Positions 13,766 through 27,829 of a stretch of 64,000 nucleotides of DNA are shown here, piece after piece; within the stretch, counting starts at the first letter, position 1; the number at the start of each line of letters is the position of its first letter. A program made the translations under genes and the position numbers. Under the pieces are notes generated by a model, which did not search any database, was not told the origin of the DNA, and was given only the letters and a program-made list of their open reading frames with translations. This DNA is from Marsupella aquatica (lineage: Eukaryota; Plantae; Marchantiophyta): assembly GCA_973895155.1 (NCBI GenBank), contig OZ316896.1, positions 17,348,754 through 17,412,753 of the forward strand, given 5' to 3'.

Positions 13766-15058
13766 CATTCTTTACAGTATTTAGTCACACACTTTAATTG
13801 CTGTGAGGTTATATTTGAGGTAAGTGACTGTAATTAGAGTGTGTGACACTAATATAGTATGACACTAATTGTGGTCACAAGTCAAACAGTGTACACATTT
13901 AAGAAAAAACAATGGACAATAGTTAAAAGTTGCTTATAAGAAATTAAAAAATGCGCACAATATTTAATTATAGTTTACAAATTTTACTACTCAAACATTA
14001 AGAAACTTTCATAAACTTATAACTCTTTTCATATACTACTCAAATATTGAGCAAACTTCAGAAAATTAGAACTCATTCTCATATTTCCAGTTTGGGGTAC
14101 TCTTGAAGCACATTGAGCAAACAAGATCTTTGATTCACTTGATCAAGTATGAATAGCACATGTTGTCTCACATAAGCTACGAACTAATATTCTTTTGAAT
14201 CTCCTACAATCTGTCCCTTATGAGTCCTTGCAAGACAGTGTAGAGCCCCAAGAGAAGAGGGTTGAGCCGGCTCTTCACCTGGTTCACCAATATCAAGAGT
14301 CACTTCAACAGTAGCATCAATGTCAAGGCCAACTCGACTCCCTTCAAAATTCACTTGATACTTTGCTATGATATAATTCTGAAGCTGAGGTGTAAGTTGA
14401 TTTTCAAACTATAAACCATTGGCATTTAGAGAAAACCAGTGTTTATCATTGAATTTTGTGCATAAGACATGTCATGTCTGTCAACAGAACTGTTCACCTC
14501 AGCTACAGAGTTCCTTGCCAATGTCAAAAATCAATGTTTGCCCTCATGTTTGCCTGAATTTATCATTTTCCCAAATGTGTCCCGTGTCCCAGTCCCCACA
14601 TTTTTTGGGTCTTCATTTATCATTTTTTGAAATGCAGCAAGGATAAGCCAAACGAGATGCAGATTAATTACCAGTGACATTTTGACATAGTCTTGATTCT
14701 CATTCCCTTGTGCTAGCAAATCCAACTATGATGGCCGATCCATTCTCACCATGTTATAAATCTATCAACCTCCTTTCACAAAGACTGCCAAAGTAAAACA
14801 CAAAGGAACTTTCTAAGAACATACACACAAAGAAATGTCATTGGTAGTTTGGATAACTTTGGAGTGAGAGTAGTTTAGGGTAATAACATTGTCACCTCTA
14901 ATTATCATATTTTTCAATATATTAATTTATTTTCCAAAATTAAGGGTGGCGGTAAATAGTGTCACTTGGCTGAAAATCAAGAGCTACCCCTAATTAGTGT
15001 GTGTGACACTAATTGTTAGTGACACATTATTTCATTACACTAATACTGTAAAAGAGTG
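13766..15058. mobile_element. Non-autonomous TIR element (MITE-like, TA-flanked, Tc1/mariner-like)
   Basis: Left end ta|cattctttacagtatt; right end aatactgtaaaagagtg|ta (reverse complement ta|cactcttttacagtatt). TA on both sides, gtgtgacactaat motifs near both ends, AT-rich and noncoding. Confidence 0.55.
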
Positions 15059-17254
15059 TAGCTTTAGGTGGCAGTAACACCAATTTCCCTGGTAGCCTGC
15101 TTGGCAGACTTCTCGGTAGTCTTATACCTAGCCCTGCAAACCATGTGAAAATGCAATTTTTGTTCAGTCTTTCCTCTCTCTATGGCTACAAAACTGTTTT
15201 TTGTTGTGTGTTGTTTTGTTTCAATGTGCTTTATACAAAGTGTATCTTTTGTACAAATTGAATTTTGAATTGATTCTTGTCCCTCTTTTGATGTTTTAAT
15301 TGTAGTGTCCTAGAGCTTGTCCTTATCTCTAATCTATTTCTCAATCTTACCCACCCTTAGTAAAATCTATTCTTTTTGGGCGGTACCTGTGGTACCTTCA
15401 GTTGTACAAAAGATGCACCTTGAAACACAAATACACAACAAAAATCTCAATAGGACAAGAGAACCCGAGTACTCTCACTAACCAAGTTAACACCATAACA
15501 ACTCTTTATTTGATGCAGTAGACAATATCGGTGCACATTAATGCATAATCCCGCACAATATTATAGCATGTTCATTTCTACTACATGCCTATTTTGACTT
15601 ATCTAAAAGAATTGAAATTGGTACACATTTTAACTTAACTAGTTTATAAAAAACAAGTATTGAAGAATAATTATAAGAAAGTTAATGCACATCTTTTTAA
15701 AAATGAGAAAAGTACAATATTTGAAGACATGTGTATTAATTTCAAGGTATTAGTCAATGTACTTGTATAAGTACAGCAGCACTTTATGATTCAATTCAAA
15801 GAGAAGAGCATGAACTACTGAACTTTGTTTTTTTAAACTTTTGCCTCTATTTGGGGCTCTCTATTTAGGCGACACCTGTTCATCAATAAACCATGAACAA
15901 TGTATATTCTATAACCAATGGCATATAAGGTGCACTCATCAATGAATAGTGTACTAGTTGCTTGGTTGAAGGGTCTAACCTTCTCTCATGTAGATAAGGA
16001 AATATGCCCCTCAAAATGCTAAGAAAAATAGGAGGAGACCTAATAAAAACTAAGGACATTAAAAAAGTTGAAGGGGCTGCCAAAAATGACTAACTTCTAA
16101 ATAATACATAGCTAAAGCATGGACTAAGCCAAAATGAACATAAACATACATTTCAATCAAATTGAATGAGACAAGATAGCCAAAGAGTGTCCCGCCATAT
16201 AGCAGCCTCGATAAAATCGCACAATAAGGGAGGTTGCTGCTCACTGCCCGCGAGCATTTCCTGACCTTGATGTCAAGATAAATACAAGTAGCCAATGATT
16301 GTTGCTATGCAAGAGATGTTGGGTTACTGGTAGACTAGCAAAGTGGGGCGTGACAGGTGTGGGGTTCAAATTTAGATGACAATACTTGCTTTCTAACAAA
16401 CTCCACCCAAAAGTGGGGTTCATTCAAATGGGTCGACACTTGAAAAAATGTGATTGTCGCTTCTTGTGGGCAGCGGATGGAGTGGCCATGGGCAGGAAGT
16501 TTGCAAGGCTCACCTATGAGCCTTGACATTGTCATTCAACCTAAATACTCCTTGTCGAGTAATTAATTAAAGTCTTAGCCCTTAATGAAAGCCTTGACCC
16601 AAGATTGACAGTTTCACTTTCAAAACTCTTTTGTCATGTATTTAGTTAAAGCCTTTACCCTTAATTACAGTCTTGACCCAAGATTAACGGCCTCACTTCC
16701 AAAGTTCCCTGGGTGGCTTGGTACCTCTTCCCATGAGTGCGACAAAGCAAGGCTTTAGGATAAAGTCAGCCTATTCCCTCTTGAAAAGTGGGGCCAACAC
16801 TATGGAAGGCCATAACCAGTGAGGAGAGGGCACATATTGTTGTCTTAACACGTTCTAGGAAAAATCATCTCAACTCTCAAAAGAAATGCAAAGACTCTTA
16901 CTTGTTATGGTGTACATTACCTTTAGGGCTGTTTTGCATGTCTTTGGTCCTTTGCAAATTGGCCCGAAAATGAACGCGTGTCATGAGTTGAGGCAGCGAG
17001 AGGGCGGCAGTCCTGATGGCTTCTTTTATGGAGATACAATGGCAATTTCCGGCCCTTGAGGTCCCGAACCTTTAAAATGTAATAAAACAAAACATTTGGT
17101 TTTAACTTTTCCCCTACATCTGTGGCTTGGTAAGGGCAGCAGTTTTCAGGACTCTTGCACATGCAAGACAGTCCTTAGTCTTGCAAGTCCTTAGTCTTGC
17201 AAGTCTCCTACTTGTTATGTTGTACATTACCTCTAGTCTTGCATTATGACGCAA

Positions 17255-18200
17255 GTAAATCTAGAGTGGACTGCAGTAGTGGTGTAACGAGGGAGTAAGT
17301 CTAGAGTGGACTGTATTGACTGTGTGATGAGGGAGTAAGTCTAATGTGGGCTGCAATAGTGGTGTGACAAGGGAGTAAGTCTCAAGTGGACTCCAATAGT
17401 GGTGTGATGAGTGAGTAAATCTAGAGTGGACTGCAGTAGTGGCGTGGACAAGGGAGTAATTCTAGAGTGGACTGCAGTAGTGGTGTGATTAGCGAGTAAG
17501 TCTAGAGTGGACTGCAGTAGTGGTGTGATGAGAGAGTAAGCCTAGAGTGGACTGCAATAGTGGTGTGGATGAGGGAGTAAGTCTAGAGTGGACTGGAGTA
17601 CCTCTCTGACAATGAAGGGAGTAAGTAGAGTGGATTGCAGTAGTGATGTGACAAGGGAGTAAGTCTAGAGTGGATTGCAGTAGTGATGTGACAAGGGAAT
17701 AAAATTAGAGTGGACTGCAGTAGTGGTGTGACAAGCTAGAGTGGACTGCAGTAGTGATGTACGTGGACGAGTAAGTAAGGCTAGAGTGGACTGCAGTAGT
17801 GGTGTGACAAGGGAGTAAATCTAAAGTGCAAGCAGTAATGGTGTAATGAGCGAGTAAGTCTATTGTAGAGTGGACTGCAGTAGTGGTGTGGACGGGAGTA
17901 GGTCTAGAGTGGACTGCAGTAGCGCTGTGATGAGGAGTAAATCTAGAGTGGACTACAGTAATAGTGTGACGAGCGAGTAACTCTAGAGTGGACTGCAGTA
18001 GTGGTGTCCTCTGAACAAGTCTAGATTGGACTCCAGTCATAGTGTGACCTCCGAATAAGTCTAGATTGGACTCCAGTCACAGACCAGGGAGTAAGTCTAG
18101 AGTGGACTGCAGTAGTGTACTTACGACGAGGGAGTAACTCTAGAATGGACTGCAGTGGTGATGCGACGAGGGAATAAGTCTAGAATGGACTGCAGTAGTG
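17255..18200. repeat. ~40-bp minisatellite (>20 copies) directly upstream of the GNOM leader
   Basis: Consensus gggagtaagtctagagtggactgcagtagtggtgtga(c/t)(a/g)a repeated continuously. Confidence 0.95.
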
Positions 18201-19517
18201 GGGCGACTACGGATGCGACTACGGAGGACGAAGAGCAAACAAGGACCGACCGTAGTACAGTAGAGAGTGTGAGGAGGGAGCAACAAGAACAAACAAAGAG
18301 GGAGGGGAGAGGAGTCGAGGAGTCGAGGAAAGGTCGAGGAGACGAGAAGAGAGCCCTTTTTCCCGACGATGGAGTAGTGAATGGACGAAGAAACTACGAG
18401 GGAAGCAAGCGACTCTCCCGACCCCGCCTCTGAGCGGAGCGGAGCGAGGGCGTGCGTCTTTGCGTGCGGACGAGGCAGAGGTAGCTTGTGTGATTGATTG
18501 TGGTGGATGGAATGACGGATCTAGCGAACTCAACATCTCTGTCGGCCCTTTTCCCGTAAAGTGAGTGTGCAGTTTTCTGATCTGCGAGCCAATCAATGTT
18601 CAGTTCTGGCTTCGTCTCCGTCTCTCCGAAGTGCCGACGCCAGACGACGTCGGCGTGAATGCCTCCTGAAACAGACGAGACGAGAACATTTATAATAGGC
18701 TGAGGGAGTGGGGAGTTGGTTGGGATCAGGGAGGTACAGGTAATTGATCTACTAGTACTGCTGTATCGATCCGCTTGCCGGGGAGGGATTCTCTAGGGAA
18801 GGAAGGGAGGTGGGTTCACACGCAACAGTCGAGCCACTCCGGAGATACGGAGATAGAATGATAGTGTTGATTGATGAGAACCTCTGTGGTGTGTCTTTGG
18901 CATCATCTTTGGTCGTCATCTTGGTCGGCAAATCGTGTTTGGGATTGAGTATTGGAGGAGGAAGGGAATCATGCTGTGTGGAGTAGTGTAGGTAGGGCAG
19001 CAGAAAGGGTTGCTTCTGTTGGTATGGGTGGCATTTCGTCTGGAATAGCGGGAGCAGGAGCAGGAGCGGCAACAACCACAACAGCAGGCAATTTGGGACC
19101 GCGAGCAGCGGGAGGAGGGGCTGGATGAGTGAGATGACTTTGTCCATCAGGCAGGTGTGGCTTTTTAGTGACCGAGCTGGTTAGTTTCTGTGATGAAATT
19201 TCTCGGAGGGCAGTGTCGTCGCAAAAGTCTTTGTCCGGCTGGCATAAAAGGAACTTGACTATAGTAGGTCAGGTCGGTGAAGGAGGAGTGCGGGTTGGCT
19301 GTTCGATCGGCCTCTCCAAATGCAAGCGCTCCTGAGGGCCTACCCCTATTTCTGGACAGTACCTCGTATGAAATAGAGTGAAAGCGTTTTAGATGTGCTC
19401 GATTGACCTCCCCGAAGCATTTCTCCACCAAGCATGGGCAGGCAGGGCGCCGGTTAGCGGTCTAGCAGCGTTATCTAGAACCGCAAGTCCCTTCCATTGA
19501 AAGGGTGGGCAGCGATA

Positions 19518-22500
19518 ATGGGGCGGTCTACTAAGAGGCCGCTGGGCTCAGCTGAGGACGTTATGGAAGACGGCAAATGGAGGAGAAAAAGTAGCGCAGG
19601 TGCCTCGGCGTGCATGATCAATGCGGAGGTCGGTGCAGTGCTCTCGGTAATGCGTCGAAATGCTCGCTGGGCCGGCCGTTATGTGTCGGGCGACGAGCCT
19701 GTGGAGCATTCTCTGATTCGCAATCTAAAGACTCTTCGACGAAAGCTGTTCACATGGAGTTCTCCAACCCAACCCGGCTGGCAACATATCAATCCGTCCC
19801 TCTATCTGTCTCCATTCCTGGATGTTATCAGATCTGATGAAACAGGAGCTCCAATTACTGGTGTCGCATTGTCTGCGGTGTACAAAATCCTTACCTTAGA
19901 GATTTTTGATTTGAAGACTGTGCACGTCGAGGAGGCCATGCACGGCATAATGGACGCCGTGACGAGTTGCCGGTTCGAGGTCATAGATCCGGCTTCGGAA
20001 GAGGTGGTGCTGATGAAGGTCTTGCAGGTGCTTCTCGCCTGTGTGAAGTGCGAGGCGGGCGTGGTACTAAGTAACAGAGATGTGTGTATCGTGGTCAACA
20101 CTTGTTTCCGCGTCGTGCACCAGGCGGGGAGTAAGGGCGAGCTTTTGCAGAGGACTGCACGACATACCATGCACGAACTCGTTCGGGCGATATTTTCTCA
20201 CCTCCAGGATCTCGATCCGTCCCCTGCCGGCTCATTTCCTGATGCTGTCAATGGAACCGATGCTGCTGAAAACGGAAATATGGATGTACGTCCCTCTCTC
20301 TCTGTCTCTCTCACACGCACACATTATGCATCTATGCATCTATTTTACACCTAGACCAAAAATCAGGTGGTCAGTTCATTAGGCATTTAGTTTAACTCAA
20401 AGAAAAAGATCTATTTGCTAGGTATTCTCTTGTTGTCGCGGTCCGCCTTTCGTGGAAGGTGACGTTATGCGTGGTGCTGGTTCCTTGGATTTGGGTCCGT
20501 GACTTCAAATCCGTCAATATTTTCTCTCCACTTCAATTTAGTTTAAGTCCGTTCACTTCTCTGCCTATTCTGAATGCACAGTAGAGTAGCTGGGTTCGAA
20601 GATGGGTTTCCACTTAACTAGGATTAAATAAAGTCTTATCTTTCTTAGTTTGGTGTTCATCCTTCTCAGAGAATTGTCCTTCCTCGTGGATGGTCAGACC
20701 CATGTAGATGATGGATCCTATTCCGGGTGCACTAACAATCTAACAGAAGCACAATCTAACAGTAGGAAGCTTCGGTGGAAAACAGGGTTCTACTAATTAC
20801 TGTAGAGCTCATTTGCATCTTTCTGATGATTGATGTTGATCCCTTCCAGAAGATGATCTTTCCTAGTGGATCGTCGGACTGTTGTAGATGATAGTGCTCA
20901 TTCCGGGTGCACTCGCAATCTATCAGGAGGATGGAAGGACGGCTTACCAGAATTGGTTCTAACGTTTTTATGAGAACCTTTTGTTGTTCAGATTTGGTTT
21001 TTATTTCTTCTCACAATTTTAGAAAGGGTCAGACCATTGTAGATGAAAGTCGGACGATGTCAATCAATATGAAGTCTAATGTCCTATATTTTGGCTTTCG
21101 TCGCTGCAGGAGGGCTTGTCGGAGTCGAGCTCTGTGGCTCAACCGAGCACAGATTCTTTGACGTCGAACGGCGGAGCTGGAGCGGGCGAGGTGCCGGATG
21201 GCTCAGATAGGTTAGTGGCTGAACAGATACCTGTAGCAGAGGAGAATGCCGCTGCGAAGAAGCCCCCAAGACCTGGTAAAGATAAACTGGCTCTTGTGGC
21301 GGCAAACAATGGGAATCAGGATCGGAAGGACGGGGCCACCGCAATGGAGCCGTATGGTGTACCATGTATGGTAGAAATATTTCATTTTTTGTGCTCATTG
21401 CTCAATGTATCGGATCCAGCGGGCCATGGGCACAGTCTTCTTGCTAACGATGAGGTGGTTCCTTTATTCGCTCTGGGTTTGATCAACACTGCCATTGAGC
21501 TTGGTGGCAAGTCTTTCGGGTACCACCCGAAGCTTCTGGCTCTGGTGCAGGACGAGCTTTTCCGAAATCTGATGCAAATGGGACTATCTTTCAATCTACC
21601 GGTTTTATCCATGGTATGCAGTATTGTTCTTAACCTTTATCACCACCTAGGAGCACATTTGAAGCTACAAATGGAGGCTTTCTTTGTCTTTGTCATCATC
21701 AGGCTTGCACAAGGCAAGTATGGGGCGGCCTATCAGCAGCAAGAGGTTGCCATGGAAGCTTTGGTAGACTTCTGCCGCCAGCCCACGTTTATGGCCGAGA
21801 TGTACGCAAATTTTGACTGCGACATCATATGCAGTAATGTATTCGAGGACATTGCAAATCTGCTGTCAAAGAGTGCCTTTCCTGTGAACTGTCCGCTGTC
21901 AGCAATGCATGTGCTGGCTTTGGAGGGTCTTTTGGCTGTTATCCACAGCATGGCAGAGAGGATCGATTCATCGCCTTCCAGCCCTCAGCTCGATATGGTC
22001 AACTACACAGATGCTCAGGACTACGTTCCCTTTTGGACCCTCAAATGTCCTGATTACGACGATCCCAAGTGCTGGGTTGAGTTTGTAAGGCGACAGAAAT
22101 ACATTAAAAGAAGGCTGATGATCGGGGCTGACCATTTCAACAGGGATCCAAAAAAAGGACTTGAGTTTCTGCAGGGCATCAAACTCTTACCGAGAAATCT
22201 AGACCCGAAGAGTGTGGCTTGCTTTTTCAGGTATACTACAGGGTTGGATAAGCGTCTCCTTGGAGACTTCCTTGGAGATCACGATGAATGGTGTGTTCAG
22301 GTTCTGGTTGAATTTGCCAAGACGTTCGACTTCAAGGGAATGAATCTGGATGCTGCACTTCGCACTTTCCTCGAGTGTTTTCGGTTGCCCGGTGAGGCAC
22401 AGAAAATACAGCGAGTTTTGGAAGCATTTGCTGCAAGATTCTACGAGGAGTCTCCAAAAGTTTTTGCAAATGAGGACGCTGCGTTCACTCTTGCTTATTC

Positions 22501-24928
22501 CGTAATCATTTTAAATACTGATTTGCACAACCCACAAGTGAAGAGAAAAATGACAGAGGAGGATTTCATTAGAAATAACCGAGGCATAAATGCCTCGCAA
22601 GATCTTCCGAGGGAAATGCTTCTGGAACTGTACCACTCGATCGCCAGAAACGAGGTACGCATTTCCTACGACAATGGCTCAGGAATTCCTGAGATGACAC
22701 AAAGTCGTTGGGTGGATCTCATGCGCCGCTCATCGTCAACCCCACCTTACATCAAGTGCGACTCTCGACCACTTCTGGACCACGACATGTTTGCAATAAT
22801 GTCAGGACCCACCATTGCTGCCATTTCAGTAGTTTTTGATCACGCCGAAGATGAGGACGTTCTTAGGTCATGTGTGAGTGGTTTCCTTGCAGTGGCCAAA
22901 ATCTCTGCTAGTCACAGATTAGAAGATGTCTTGGATGATCTTGTTGTATCTCTTTGCAAGTTTACCACTCTTCTGAATCCAACGGCCTCTTTAGAAGAAC
23001 CGGTGGTAGCATTCGGAGATGACACGAAGGCACGCATGGCAGCTGTGACAGTGTTCACAATCGCCAACAAGTGGGGAGACCATGTCAGAACTGGATGGCG
23101 AAATATCCTTGATTGTATATTACGTCTACACAAATTAGGTCTTCTGCCAGCTCGTGTTACAAGTGATGCTACGGATGAGCCAGATGCTGGTAATGATTCG
23201 GGTCAGGGGAAAGTGGTCGCAGGAAGTCTGGCTCTAGCTATAGTCCCTTCTACTGCAGGCCGACGGCGGCCAACTGGTTTAATGAGCAGATTCAGTCAGC
23301 TCCTGTCTCTTGAGGTAGATGAACCCAGATCTCAACCCACTGAGCAGCAACTAGCTGCTCACCAGCGAACTCTCCGAACAATTGAAGCTTGCCACATCGA
23401 TAATATATTTTCTGACAGCAAGTTTTTACAGCCCGAATCACTTTTGCAGCTAGCAAGAGCCCTCATTTGGGCTGCTGGGAGACCGCACAAGGGAGGAAGC
23501 TCTCCTGAAGATGAAGACACAGCAGTGTTTTGCCTGGAGCTTTTAATAGCGATAACCTTAAATAACAGAGACCGGATTATGATTCTCTGGCAAATGGTGT
23601 ATGAGCATATGGCTGGGATTGTGCAGACCTCTATGGTCCCAGGGCTTCTAGTGGAAAAGGCTGTGTTTGGGTTGCTGCGAATCTGTCAACGTTTGCTTCC
23701 TTACAAAGAGGATTTGGCGGAAGAGCTCTTACGCTCTCTACAGCTTATTTTGAAACTTGACACAAGAGTTGCAGAGGAATTGGGTGAGCGAATAACTCAA
23801 GAGATGATGCAACTCGTCAAGGCCAACGCAGGGCACATAAAGTCTCCAATGGGGTGGCGTACGGTGTCATCATTACTTGCGAGTACCGCTCGTCATCCAG
23901 AGGCTTTTGAGCCAGGCTTCGAGACTCTTACATTTATCATGACTGATGGAGCCCACTTGACCTCAGCTAATTACATCCTCTGTCTAGATGCCGCCCGGGC
24001 GTTTGCAGAAGCTCGAGTGGGTGGTGTGGAAAGATCGATACGTGCCCTAGATCTTTTAGCGGACTCTGTAAGCTGCCTTGTCAAGTGGGCTAAAGCTTAC
24101 GCAGATGGGATTAAAGATGCAGGGGACGAGAATGCTGATAGTGTAAGCACCAAACAGGGGTTAAAAAAGGATGCATCTGTCGGCACACAAGAATTGGGTG
24201 AGATGTGGCTTCGCCTAGCACAAGTTCTGAGGAGAGTATGTGGAGAACAGAGGGAGGAAGTGAGGAATCATGCCGTCTTGTCATTGCAGCGGTGTCTATC
24301 CTCTGCTGACAGTATCCAGCTTCCTCTGACAATATGGAGCCTTTGCTTTGACCAGGTTATCTTTGTGATGCTTGATGATCTGCTTGATGTCGCTCTCAGA
24401 CATCCAGCCAAAGAGTATCGTGGTATGGATGGCTCCTTGCATAAGGCTATGAGGTTATTGTCCAAGATTTTTCTGCAGTATCTTAGTCAGCTCTCCCAGC
24501 TGCCTAGTTTTCGAGCAATATGGCTGGCTGTGCTGGGCCGAATGGAGATGTATATGAAGGCCCGACTGAGGGGAAAAAGCACTGAAAAGTTGCAAGAAGT
24601 CATTCCTGAGTTGCTGAAGAACATGTTGCTTATCATGCACAATCAAGGAGTCCTTGTGCAACGGAGTACTATAAGTGGGGATAGTTTATGGGAGCTCACT
24701 TGGCATCACGTCGAGGGTATAGCACCCAATCTTCAAGTTGAGCTTTTCCCAGAACCAGAAATGGAGCCGGAACAAGAGTCAGCCGTTGTTGAGGACTCCT
24801 CCAATGAGACGGTGGACACAAGTGGTCCTGTAGGAACCGGTGAAGGCGATACAACTGCTGAACCCGAAACAGCAGTCGAACAGGAGGAAGCTGAGGTGCA
24901 GCAGCAAGATTTACCAGACGCACAATGA
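19518..24928 (+). CDS. GNOM: GNOM/GBF1-type large ARF guanine-nucleotide exchange factor; exons 19518-20285 and 21110-24928; ~1528 aa
   Basis: DCB domain (INAEVGAVLSVMRRNARW, PFLDVIRSDETGAPITGVAL, CRFEVIDPASEEVV); HUS box (YANFDCD); Sec7 domain with FRLPGEAQKI catalytic motif and LNTDLHN; HDS domains. One phase-0 GT-AG intron joins the two ORFs in frame. Confidence 0.96.
20670..21050. repeat. Degenerate ~180-bp tandem repeat in the GNOM intron
   Basis: gtggat(g/c)gtc(a/g)gac...tgtagatgat...attccgggtgcact..caatcta at ~20686 and ~20866; partial third copy at ~21027. Confidence 0.7.
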
Positions 24929-25974
24929 CAGACAGGGTAGGCTCTCGTCAATTTGATGAGTACTTGAATTGCCGTGGATGCAAAAGCCTCACCTGATTCA
25001 TTGCCTATTCAGTACTACTCGGGATTTGTGGTATTACCAAAATAAGCTCGAACTGTTGTCTTGTTTTGTGTTTTTGGTGAAATTAATAGAAATTTTCTTG
25101 ATTTGATCAACTAGCTAGTGAATTTTTAGGGGCAGTACTATTAAGATTCTCGCTTTCAGTATAATCCGTCCCAGAATGTCCCTGCAGACAGTGAGCACCT
25201 TAAAGTCTGGTATTCTTATTACTGTTCTTGTTCCTTTTGCAGATTTCACAGATCCTCGTGACTTACACGCAGTTCAAGCGTAACGAACCTTTACTTTTGT
25301 ATAGATTATTGTAGGTGATGCAACATATGGCCATTTAAGATGAACCTCAATATGGCGGCTACCTTCACATTAGGCCTTGCATGTAGTGATAGAGAGGATA
25401 CATTAATTCAATTAAAACGTACCTCTGAAAGGTGCACGGGAGCAGAAGTGCTGCAACCCTTGGGGAGTAGAAACCAACAGCAAGTTTATCACCACAGCTC
25501 TTAAATGCTGAGCACGTGATGTGATCTTGCTCAGAGAAGTCTTCGTTCAAAATTCAAGGTCTATTTCCTTACATCAATAGCAACTTCTGTGAACTGGATC
25601 ATGTTCTTGGCTTGAGCAAGTTGAATGAGCCATTTGAATTAAGCTGTAATTTTTTTCCCCTCTTCAATTTTGAAGACATTGTGAAGGACGTTCATGTGAC
25701 AGAATTTTATACCTCCATCGAGTATAGCCCAATAATGCCATCCTTGAGCAGATGGAGCCGATAGTCGAAATCTACCCAGTATCTACATTTGCTGAAGCCA
25801 GTCTGATAAGTTATTGCACAGTTACACAGCAGGAGAGCAATGCTGTTCTAAGTGGAATGTCTTGTTTGGTGGACTAGCATATACAGACATCTTCATTACT
25901 GAAGAAATGCGGACAACAAGACAGATTACATAATTATGCCCATGCCTACTGAGTCTGCCCTCCTCAACGCTGTA

Positions 25975-26315
25975 AGTCTGGTGCACTGTTTGATAAGCCA
26001 GTATGCATTGAGATCCCGTGCAGTTGACGGTGGATACTTCTTTTGATGCAGCTCAGTTTGATGCAGCTCAGAGGACCACGTAGTGCAACAACGGCCCGAA
26101 TAGGTGGAGCTTGGATACTTCTGTTGTAAGTGTGGTGCACTGTCTGATGAGCCAGTATGCATTGGGATCCTGTGCAGTTGACCTTGGAAACTTCTGTCGA
26201 TGCAGCTCAGAGGACCACATAGTGCAACAAGGGCCCGATTATGTGGAGCTGGTAACTTCTGTTGACGCAGCTCAGTAGACCATATAGTGCAACAAGGGCC
26301 CAATTATGTGGAGCA
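25975..26315. repeat. Degenerate tandem repeat downstream of GNOM
   Basis: gcagctcag(a/t)(g/a)gacca.(g/a)tagtgcaacaa.ggccc(g/a)a occurs 3 times; gagccagtatgcattg..atcc.gtgcagttgac-type segment occurs twice. Confidence 0.8.
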
Positions 26316-26944
26316 TGTTTGTTGATATGGTTGTAATGTGGTACTCTTTTATTTATTCTGGAGCACAACCCTCATAGTGGGACCTTCGTCGGACTTCCTT
26401 TCTTTAATTGAAAGGAGTTTCGCTTGATGGTTTCAATTCGTTTGTGGCCAATTGCGTGTCCTGGGTTACTGTCGCAGTCGTACTGCTCCGAACTTCTCAG
26501 GAGATCACAAATTGAAAGCACGACAAACCTTTACCTGCTGAGGATTGTCAGCGACACATCTTATCGTGGAGTATTACAACTACAATGCAAGGACCACTGT
26601 TTTAATCTTCATTGCCTTGGACTACTTCGGAAGATCATAATGAAATGCTAGAGCAAAGTGTTCGACAAAACCCTTTCAAAATGTCGTGAATTGTTTGCCA
26701 CCACTTGAACCCCTGGCCTCTTCTCGCAGCCTGAGTAACTTGGTATAAATAAAAGCAAATCTAGATGGCTTTGAAAAAATTGTTGGACCCCAGGTACTTT
26801 CAAACACCATAGTTTCCAATTTGTCAGAGAATCTCTCTTCAAGGGAAATTCCACCTAGAGTAGGTGACCCTAAACCAATTCTTAGACCCACGTACTGAGA
26901 AGCCCATAGTGTCCAATTTGCGAGAGTATCTGTTCAAGGGAGAT

Positions 26945-27635
26945 TGTAAGGTGCTGGCCGATGCTTCAAATCGATGGACCTCTAGAAGACGAACGAAGGA
27001 ATATCAATGGTGCCAAGTGTGAACTGACTTCATCATCCGCTTGACAATCCCAAGTAAACCACTTTCCATTCTGAAAGTAAGTAAAAACGAGTGTGATCCT
27101 CATTTCCCTAGAAACCCGACTTTCCGTTTGGTTTGCGAAAACTCCATACAACAGGGTATTTCTGGCGATCAACCTTCTTACTGTAGCTTTCTCCGCCAAG
27201 GCTCCTGCACGCCTGGGTTGTGGCGACATTTTCTTGAGGTTGGCCCAGCTGAATCTGAGTTGGCCGCTTGGGCGCTCGCATGTATGCTCCAGGTGCAGTC
27301 TTCTCTTCAAACTTGCTCAGTTTCTTTCCTTCCTTCGAGTCCAAGGAAGCCAGAAGGAAAAGCCTTAGCTCGCGGACTGCCAAGAGTTTGGACAAGAGAA
27401 GAAGTGATCATTCGGAAGGGTTAGATTTTGGCATCGGAGTCACGCCGGTGAGAACGAGCAGGAACAGTTTCTTGCGATCATATCGAACGAAACAAACTGA
27501 GCAAGTTTAAAGAAATTCCTTGGACAATTGGAAACAACCATCTTCGTGGGAACAATTTGGGCGAGTCATCTACCTCGGAACAAACTGAAGAGTCATCTTC
27601 CGTTGGGCGATTTAAAAGGGAACTTCATTGTCACA
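26945..27635 (+). mobile_element. Possible LTR-like segment (TG...CA) with a PPT-like tract before and a PBS-like TGG after
   Basis: aagggagat|tgtaagg...tgtcaca|ag tggtgacac. No target-site duplication and no partner LTR seen. Confidence 0.3.
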
Positions 27636-27829
27636 AGTGGTGACACTAGTCTCGACTCCACTTGAAAAGTTGGTGATAGTCATCTCATTGTGGGTCACAT
27701 TCATTGATGATTGTTTCCGTGGGGTCAGTCACTTCTTGACAATTTCTTGTCGTGTTCATTGATGGGGAGTAAACTCGTAAACTTGTTAATTAAGGGGCCG
27801 GTAGCAGCATTATTTCCCTCCCTGGATCG

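Noticed and set aside
17255-18200. CRISPR-like array
   Set aside because: Units are contiguous with no unique spacers, there are no cas genes and the context is eukaryotic; it is a minisatellite.
19497-19517. GNOM start at TTG 19497 (and exon-2 start at TTG 21116) as given in the ORF track
   Set aside because: Artefacts of allowing alternative starts; ATG 19518 and the splice acceptor at 21109 explain the gene.
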